64,000 nucleotides of DNA, taken from NCBI RefSeq assembly GCF_017348835.2, contig NZ_CP071375.1, one strand, 5' to 3'. The stretch is from Escherichia coli (GTDB taxonomy: Bacteria > Pseudomonadota > Gammaproteobacteria > Enterobacterales > Enterobacteriaceae). Below are positions 57,137 to 64,000 of the stretch, piece by piece (positions within the stretch are counted from its first letter, which is position 1; each line of letters begins with the position of its first letter). Position numbers and translations under genes: made by a program. The notes under the pieces are model-generated. The model was given only the letters and a program-made list of their open reading frames with translations. It was not told where the DNA came from and ran no database searches.

Positions 57137-58086
57137 TGCTCTCCCTGATTGCTTTAATGAAAAAGTCATATAAGTTGCCATGAACAATGTTTATTCATCC
57201 TGGCGATGATAGTTATCACCATTATTCTTTATGGGTATAAAACTATCGGCGCAGAATCCTACCTTTTATCGTGTAACGATGCAAAATAATCCCGCTATAC
57301 ATATGTGGGGATGAAGGCGGCGGCGACAAAATAGCAACCTGATGAAATTATGACGGAAACAACCACTATTAGTTTGATGATACCCGACTGCAGTCCAACT
57401 CTTTCGCCACTCGTTCGTCGCTCTGAAAGCCTGTGGTTGCAGTGGACACTGGTGTGGTTGGTCTTCGCTGTTTATCATTGAATAGTGAGGGGCTAGCACA
57501 TGACGGGTTTTAGGGGTAATACGCCAAATACCAATACAATTGCTGATTAGATGTGCCAGTTACCGACGTTACAGAAAGTGCCAAAAAATGTAAGAGGGAT
57601 GTCGGGTGATAAACGCGCTATTGCCCAACAGGAGTTTCTGGAATTAGTCCTGTTCCATGGTCATTACAACTCTTAAAACATTACTTCAATATAATTAATG
57701 TGTATATCATTCTCGATATTAATTTATGAAGTGAATTTGATATATTCCGAATTCTTAATTTACATTACTAATGTATGGGGCATAACGTTAAGATTGATAT
57801 GTGCAGATTAAGATATCAGGGTGGGGCGGTAGCGTTTACAGATATTAATCAATTGATGAGAATTATGTTAACTGCGTAATCATTTTCATCGGTTATTGAT
57901 ATTGAAGATAGATTAATAAAAATGCTGATAATTAATGTTAAGAAATAGAAATGGGAAACGTTGATAACTTGCTTTGATTTCATTTTCTATGAAGATGATG
58001 CCATCAATACTGTATAAAGTAAGAATGTTGAAAATCAAAGAGCGTTTGTGTTTTATCTGAAAGATATTATATCCAGGGGAAAGGAT

Positions 58087-58617
58087 ATGTCTTTAAGGAG
58101 AATGACATCTGGTGAATTAACATTGGCTAGATCGATTTTTGAGAATACAATTGATTATAGCAAGGTATGGATCCACAATGAAAAATATCTGCCTGGTCAA
58201 GGGGAAAGAACAGCGATGACCCCAAACGGGGAAATGTATTATCCTGATGCTGTTTATAGTTCAGATTATTCATCGCAAACAATGCCTGGTGATCGTGAAA
58301 CAGTAGCAGGTGCTTCTCACTTGTTTATTCATGAAATGATGCATGTTTGGCAATATCAGAAAGGGTATGCAGTTAAGTTGCGTGGTTTATTTTCCTGGGC
58401 GGCAAATTATCATTACGTTCTTAATTTACAGTCAATTTCTTCTTATTCCATGGAACAACAAGCATCTATAGTTGCTGATTATTGGCTATTGATTAACTAT
58501 GGACTGGTGGCTGATTTGGCAAATGTTAACTATGTAGGTGATACAACTGAATCAGTTAACACTCTATCGGAAAAATACAAAAAGGTGCTTAATTTATTTC
58601 CTGCGGGTGTCATATGA
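58087..58617 (+). CDS. Zincin-like HExxH metallopeptidase-domain protein (DUF4157-like), no signal peptide; candidate toxin/effector
   Basis: 176 aa from ATG at 58087 with RBS GGGGAAAGGA (ORF-track start 58048 is an alternative GTG); motif SHLFIHEMMHVWQYQ and upstream TAMTPNGEMYYPDAVY; about 35% GC. Confidence 0.6.
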   Translation: MSLRRMTSGELTLARSIFENTIDYSKVWIHNEKYLPGQGERTAMTPNGEMYYPDAVYSSDYSSQTMPGDRETVAGASHLFIHEMMHVWQYQKGYAVKLRGLFSWAANYHYVLNLQSISSYSMEQQASIVADYWLLINYGLVADLANVNYVGDTTESVNTLSEKYKKVLNLFPAGVI

Positions 58618-58970
58618 AGAGGTTCTTTTTGTTTTTCTTTTTGTCGGGATGCACTGTTGGTGATTATGTTCGCCCATTGTTACCCGGTAATGTATATTTA
58701 CAAGATGGACGGGTTTGTTCAAAACCAGACGATGGAGATATTATTTCAAATTATATTTTATATGAAGGTAAATATGGCAATGCAATAAAGCTGAAAAGAG
58801 TAACAGGTCAGTTCGATCCCGTATGTATTGACATAAGTGAGCTATCTCCAGATGTTATTTATATCGGGCAATATATGCTCTCCTCCGGAAGTAAAAAAGA
58901 ATACTATGGTTTTAGGATAATTAGATCCGGAGTACGTATTTTAAGACTTGATGATAACCATATCAAATAA
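58614..58970 (+). CDS. Predicted lipoprotein (candidate immunity partner of the upstream zincin)
   Basis: 118 aa ORF with lipoprotein signal MKRFFLFFFLSGC (lipobox LSGC); start overlaps the upstream stop (ATGA), suggesting translational coupling. Confidence 0.6.
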   Translation: MKRFFLFFFLSGCTVGDYVRPLLPGNVYLQDGRVCSKPDDGDIISNYILYEGKYGNAIKLKRVTGQFDPVCIDISELSPDVIYIGQYMLSSGSKKEYYGFRIIRSGVRILRLDDNHIK

Positions 58971-59190
58971 CAGATTAAAAATTTTATTAGTTTCATTAAT
59001 GTGCTTTAGGTGAATGTTTTCACCAGGTTAACATGACGGTGCATTCTTCAAGGCATATATGGTTGATAGTATCTTCAGTAGCTCGCATAAGTATTGAGAT
59101 GTTTTACGCCAGTTACGAATATATTGCATATTTTATTCTCTGTAAGATTTCTTATTAGCACTTAGCCATTTCTAGTTAAAAGGATTAATT

Positions 59191-61185
59191 ATGAGTTTTG
59201 CAGCTACAGATTATCCATCCGGCGCACTAACTGGATCGGGTACACATAACGTGACTTTGAGCGGCAGCGCAGTTCCTGATGGAATGTTACTGTTTGCAAG
59301 CTTAGGGGGTACAGAAACAGTAGGGGAACTATTTACTTATTCTATTAAATTAAAAACTCCTGACATCCTGAACCTGGGCTATGTTTCCCCTGCCGCAAAC
59401 CTGCAGCTCAAACCGATGGTGGGCAAAGATCTGTGCGTCCATATCGAACTGGATGGCGGCGGAAAACGTTATATCAGCGGGCTGGTGACGGCGGCACGCG
59501 TGGCTGGTCATCAAGGACGTTCGGTGGTGTATGAACTGCGGCTCGAACCGTGGTTAAAAATACTGACCCACACTAGTGACTACAAAGCGTTTCAGAATAA
59601 AAACGTGGTGGACATCCTGGATGAGGTACTGGATGAGTATCCCTGGCCAGTGGAAAAACGGCTGGTGGAAAATTATCCGACTCGCGCCTGGCAGGTGCAG
59701 TACGGTGAAACAGATTTCGCTTTTATTCAGCGCCTGATGCAGGAGTGGGGTATCTACTGGTGGTTTGAGCACAGCGAGAACAGTCACACGTTAGTGCTGG
59801 CTGATGCCATTAATGTCCACAAGGCATGCGCAGATTCGCCGCTGGTGTGTTATTACCAGAAAGGGCTGAAACTGGACAAGGAGTTTATCCATACCATCAC
59901 AGCAAATGAAAGTCTGCGCAGCGGACAGTGGGTGCTGAATGATTTCGACTTTATGAAGCCGCGTTCACTGCTGAAGAGCACCGTGGCTAATCCGCGTGAA
60001 ACCGGCCTTGCTGAATATGAGCACTACGAATGGCCGGGAGATTACTTCACAAAGAGTGAAGGTGAAATGCTGACACGCATTCGCATGGAAGAACAGCGTA
60101 GCCCCGGTAGTCGGGTACAGGGCAGCGGCAATATTCGTACCCTGATGACAGGTTTTTCCTTCACCCTGGAAAACTATCCGACAGCCGAAGTGAACCGGGA
60201 ATATCTGCTGGTACAGACCACGCTATTTATACAGGACAATGCGCAACACAGCGGCCAGGAGCAGCATTTCTCTTACTCAACCAGTTTTGAACTGCATCCC
60301 ACCAGCGAAGTTTACCGCCCACAACGAACCCTGAGTAAACCCCACACTAAAGGCCCGCAGAGCGCCATCGTCACCGGCCCGGCAGGGCAGGAAATCTGGA
60401 CAGATAAATATGGCCGGGTGAAAGTTCAGTTTGGCTGGGATCGTTACGGTAAGAATGACGAAAACAGCTCCTGCTGGGTCCGTGTCAGTTATCCGTGGGC
60501 GGGTAAAGGATTCGGTGGCATTCAGATCCCGCGCATTGGTCAGGAAGTACTGGTGGATTTCAAAAACGGTGATCCGGATTTACCGATAATCGTTGGGCGT
60601 ACCTACAACCAGGACACCATGCCACCGTGGGGACTACCGGGCGCAGCGACGCAAAGCGGGTTTTACAGCCATACTATCGGCGGCGGCCCAACCAATGCCA
60701 ACGCACTACGTTTTGAGGATAAACCTGGCGGTGAAGAGGTCTGGCTACATGCCGAAAAAGATCAGCGGATTGAAGTAAATAATAATGAAAGCCACTGGGT
60801 GGGCAATAATCGCCTTAAAGTCATTGATAAAACAGAAACAGCGATAATTGGTGAGGAACGTTCTCTTACAGTTCAGATGGATGATACCTCCCTTGCCGGA
60901 CAAAATAAAACGATTCAGGCCGTACAGAATTTACGCCTTGCTGCGGGAGATTCCATAATTCTTAGTTGTGGGAAAACTATCCTGCAAATGACCAGTGACG
61001 GAATATTTAATATAACCTGTAAGAATTTTAATATTACTGCAACAGAAAATGGAAAGATAAATACACAATCAGGTCAGCTTGATTTAAATATGAATGACAG
61101 GGCTGCAGATATACTTCCGCCTGGAGCATCGGAAAAAACAGCCCTTCAGTTGGCGATAGACGTCGCCTTCATGACTAAAAAATAA
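59191..61185 (+). CDS. vgrG: Type VI secretion system spike protein VgrG
   Basis: 664 aa ORF with gp27/gp5-like phage-baseplate spike sequence (...[47 protein letters not shown]...); RBS AAAAGGA. Confidence 0.85.
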   Translation: MSFAATDYPSGALTGSGTHNVTLSGSAVPDGMLLFASLGGTETVGELFTYSIKLKTPDILNLGYVSPAANLQLKPMVGKDLCVHIELDGGGKRYISGLVTAARVAGHQGRSVVYELRLEPWLKILTHTSDYKAFQNKNVVDILDEVLDEYPWPVEKRLVENYPTRAWQVQYGETDFAFIQRLMQEWGIYWWFEHSENSHTLVLADAINVHKACADSPLVCYYQKGLKLDKEFIHTITANESLRSGQWVLNDFDFMKPRSLLKSTVANPRETGLAEYEHYEWPGDYFTKSEGEMLTRIRMEEQRSPGSRVQGSGNIRTLMTGFSFTLENYPTAEVNREYLLVQTTLFIQDNAQHSGQEQHFSYSTSFELHPTSEVYRPQRTLSKPHTKGPQSAIVTGPAGQEIWTDKYGRVKVQFGWDRYGKNDENSSCWVRVSYPWAGKGFGGIQIPRIGQEVLVDFKNGDPDLPIIVGRTYNQDTMPPWGLPGAATQSGFYSHTIGGGPTNANALRFEDKPGGEEVWLHAEKDQRIEVNNNESHWVGNNRLKVIDKTETAIIGEERSLTVQMDDTSLAGQNKTIQAVQNLRLAAGDSIILSCGKTILQMTSDGIFNITCKNFNITATENGKINTQSGQLDLNMNDRAADILPPGASEKTALQLAIDVAFMTKK

Positions 61186-61235
61186 ATAAAAACCATCATT
61201 AAATAATTTATTAATTAAAAAGGACTCATATCATT

Positions 61236-61688
61236 ATGACGGAGTATTATCTCAATGAAACTGTTGTAACTTTTCCCGGGAATATTATTCAGGACAGCAC
61301 TATTAATATGCTGCGCCTCAGCGATCCCGACGCTGCACTCATTATCAGTCGGGGCCAGATGCAGGAAGGAGACGAATTAGCCTCCCAGATTGAACAGCAA
61401 ATGAAAAAACTGGAGAAACAGGTAAAGGATCTTCACTACACGCCCGTTCAGGTAACACGGGTAGGGATTAATGACGGTGAACAAGGGCTGGAAATACAGA
61501 GCCAGTTTCTCAGGGGTAACGAGCAGGTGTACCAGTGTCAGGTGGCATTTGTGTTGCCGGGTGAGCGAGTCATGATGGCCTTCACCTACGCCAGAACCAC
61601 ACCGCTGACCCCGGCAGATATGACGCGCTGGGCTGAAATTAAAAAGAATCTGCGCTTCAGGATGCGGCAGGAAGCCAGGACGAATTAA
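61236..61688 (+). CDS. eagR: DUF1795 (Eag-family) chaperone for a prePAAR effector
   Basis: 150 aa ORF between vgrG and the prePAAR-Rhs gene; N-terminus YYLNETVVTFPGNIIQDSTINML fits the EagR pattern. Confidence 0.65.
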   Translation: MTEYYLNETVVTFPGNIIQDSTINMLRLSDPDAALIISRGQMQEGDELASQIEQQMKKLEKQVKDLHYTPVQVTRVGINDGEQGLEIQSQFLRGNEQVYQCQVAFVLPGERVMMAFTYARTTPLTPADMTRWAEIKKNLRFRMRQEARTN

Positions 61689-61706
61689 TCATACAGGGAA
61701 CGGGAC

Positions 61707-63065
61707 ATGGAAGAGGCATTCTGGGCGGCAAGACAGGGTGATGCCCTGCTGCATACGTCGTTTATGGCAGATGTGCTGGGGGCGGTGCTGGAGGTGGCCG
61801 CAAATGTCGTTATTGATGCCCTCATTGTCGGCACAACCTCGTTACTGGCGACGTCAGTGGGGATCACGATGGGGTGCACGGCCGTCGTGCTGACCGGTTT
61901 TGTGGCGGGTGTGGCGATGGTGTACACCGGCGTGACAGAAAAGGTCAGCGAAGCCTGTTCAGCCCTCGCAAATATGCTTTTCCCGCCTCAGATTGAAGGT
62001 TACATCCTCACCGGCTCTGGTGACACATGGATCAACAGCAAACCTGCCGCGCGGGCAGCGGCTACTGCGGCATCGCGGCAGGACATTGAGGCGCAGGACG
62101 CGCAGGCGAAGGCGGAACAGGAAGAAGCGCAGCGTCAGGAGGATGCCAGAACGTTCCGGGATGTGGCCGGGGAATATCTGGAAATGGCGGGGGCCATAGC
62201 CCTGGCGGTTAACCCGGTGACAGGGCCTGTGCTGATGTCCCGGGCGCTGCACGACCAGCTCAGCACGGAAGAAGGGCGTTCTGAAATGGTGGATGGCGTG
62301 ACACATTTTGTGTCGGAACTATGGCAGCCCACTGTGGCCAGTGCGGCCCCGGGCTCCACCCCGACCCCTGACGATAAAATCGACTGCCATAAACATCCTT
62401 CCTCACTGACGCAGTTTCTCGCACAAAAAAAAGCCGCCTTTCTGGATGCCCCCCTGGGAACGGCCCTTAACCTGCTGAGTCCGGACGGTATGCTGGAAAC
62501 CGCCTTTCAGGGAGTGAATGCGGTTATTGGCAGCATCAGTAATCTGTTCAAAGGCGATGACGAGCCGCCCGCAGCGGAATATATCGCGGAAGGCGCGCGG
62601 GATGTGCGTATCAACAGCCAGCCGGCGGCACGCAGCGGGGCACGCTGTACCTGCGAGGCCAGGGTGGTGAATGAGCCGGGGAACGGGGCGTTTGTGTCAC
62701 CGGATGTGCGCATTGGCGGTCCGTTACTGGTGGCCAGGGATATCAGAAGCGGCAGGTCGCAGATAACCCTGGTGGCAACCGTGGCGCTGATGTTTCTTCG
62801 CCCGGGCAAAATGCTTTCTAAAATCGCCTGTTTTGCTGCCAGTGTCGGGATGAGCATGCTGACGCAGAAGGCCACCAGTGCCCTTCCGCATCCGGTCAAT
62901 GCCGCCACCGGGGCCAAATACCTGGCCGATGACGATGACTTCGATTTCAGTCTGCCGGGCCACTTTCCGCTGGACTGGCAGCGCGTGTACAGCAGTCGTG
63001 ACGAACGCACGGAAGGAATGTTTGGTCAGGGCTGGAGTGTGATGTATGAAGTCAGCCTCGTGCGC
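61707..63065 (+). pseudogene. rhs: prePAAR-TMD-PAAR-Rhs effector gene, 5' fragment only (Rhs core and toxin domain missing)
   Basis: N-terminus has the prePAAR motif AARQGDALLH, hydrophobic TM segments, a split PAAR (WINSKPAARA / RINSQPAARSG) and the start of an Rhs core (FDFSLPGHFPLDWQRVYSS...GQGWS). Rhs-like sequence ends near 63060; the ORF then runs out of context into nhoA-derived DNA to 63185. Confidence 0.7.
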
Positions 63066-63079
63066 ACACCGGGTATCGG

Positions 63080-63475
63080 TTGTTGCAGGAGGGTGATGAT
63101 TGGGTGTTGCAGTTTAATCATCATCAGCATTGGCAGTCGATGTACCGTTTTGATCTCTGCGAGCAGCAACAAAGCGATTATGTGATGGGCAATTTCTGGT
63201 CGGCGCACTGGCCGCAGTCGCATTTTCGCCATCATTTGCTGATGTGCCGCCATTTGCCGGACGGCGGCAAGCTGACACTGACCAATTTTCATTTTACCCA
63301 TTATGAAAATGGGCACGCGGTGGAGCAGCGAAATCTACCGGATGTGGCGTCGTTATATGCTGTGATGCAAGAACAGTTTAGTCTGGGCGTGGACGATGCG
63401 AAACATGGCTTTACCGTGGATGAGTTGGCGCTGGTGATGGCGGCGTTTGATACGCACCCGGAGGCGGGAAAATAA
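63080..63475 (+). pseudogene. nhoA: N-hydroxyarylamine O-acetyltransferase, 3' fragment (about the C-terminal 131 codons)
   Basis: LQEGDDWVLQFNHHQHWQSMYRFDLCEQQQSDYVMGNFWSAHW...AFDTHPEAGK matches the recalled NhoA C-terminal half; N-terminal part with the catalytic Cys is absent. Confidence 0.7.
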
Positions 63476-63488
63476 TTTATGTCAGGTT

Positions 63489-63518
63489 GCCGGATGCGGC
63501 GTAAACGCCTTATCCGGC
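63489..63518. repeat. REP element
   Basis: GCCGGATGCGGCGTAAACGCCTTATCCGGC matches the REP consensus. Confidence 0.7.
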
Positions 63519-63570
63519 ATACATTAGCCCGGTTGTAGACCTGACAGGCGAAGCGCATCAGACAACGGTT

Positions 63571-64000
63571 TCAGAGTTCAATTGCCCATTCGGCATGAAA
63601 CAAAATCACCGCCGCGCCAGAAATGGTGACTTTTTCCGGTTGGTTATCACGAATTGTCACCGTCACTTCAATCACGCCGTCACGCCCCAATGCGCGCCCC
63701 TGATGGCCTTTAACACGCAGCACCTTGCCATCGTGGGGCAATACGTTGTGATGTACCAACCATGCACCCATCGGGCCATTGGCATTGCCAGTCACCGGAT
63801 CTTCCACAATACCAATCGCAGGCGAGAACATGCGACCATCGGTTTCGTTTTTGCCTGGGCGGATCTGGAACGGGAAGAAACCATTGCAGCCAATCTGTTT
63901 GCTGATAGCGCTCAGCGCAGCAAGATCAGGCGAAAGGGCGTCGATATCCACTTCTGGTTTCAACGGGATCATCACTTTTGAGTGTCCTGTTGTTGCCACC
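63571..64000 (-). CDS. yddE: PhzF-family isomerase-like protein, C-terminal part (gene continues beyond window end)
   Basis: Minus-strand ORF running off the window end with PhzF-like sequence (...VTGNANGPMGAWL...). Confidence 0.75.
   Translation of the reverse strand, partial: VATTGHSKVMIPLKPEVDIDALSPDLAALSAISKQIGCNGFFPFQIRPGKNETDGRMFSPAIGIVEDPVTGNANGPMGAWLVHHNVLPHDGKVLRVKGHQGRALGRDGVIEVTVTIRDNQPEKVTISGAAVILFHAEWAIEL

Noticed and set aside
57266-57499. 77-aa minus-strand ORF in the ansP-distal intergenic region
   Set aside because: No RBS; overlaps the likely GST-gene remnant on the other strand; probably non-coding
63030-63100. Possible engineered deletion scar (FRT/loxP) at the rhs-nhoA junction
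   Set aside because: No FRT or loxP-like sequence present; the junction looks like a natural deletion

Overview
This window is an Escherichia coli chromosomal segment with K-12-like synteny (about 32 min): the 5' end of paaZ, the phenylacetate catabolic cluster paaA-K with regulators paaXY, then ydbC, azoR, hrpA, ydcF, aldA, gapC, cybB, rydC, ydcA, hokB, trg, ydcI, ydcJ, opgD, ydcH, rimL, ydcK, tehAB, ydcL, an IS200/IS605-family element (IS609-like), ydcO, ydcN, ydcP, yncJ, hicAB, ydcR, ydcSTUV-patD, yncL, ortT, ydcY, ydcZ, mnaT, curA, mcbR, yncD, yncE and ansP. After ansP there is an AT-rich accessory island with a co-transcribed HExxH zincin (DUF4157-like) and lipoprotein gene pair, followed by an orphan type VI secretion cargo locus (vgrG, an Eag/DUF1795 chaperone, and a prePAAR-Rhs gene that is truncated and fused to the 3' half of nhoA), and the window ends inside yddE. 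The zincin-lipoprotein pair is the best candidate for an undescribed system; that call rests on motif-level recognition only and is not proven. It is not K-12 MG1655 itself: gapC is intact, and the ydbA/IS2/IS30 block, ydbD-ynbABCD and the rhsE-to-nhoA interval that I recall from K-12 are absent. Four genes carry apparent inactivating lesions: paaC (1-nt frameshift), paaK (in-frame TAG), ydcA (extra G in a G-run) and the IS tnpA (in-frame TAA). All identifications come from reading the translations against recalled protein families; no database search was run. No rRNA, tRNA, CRISPR array or prophage was recognised.
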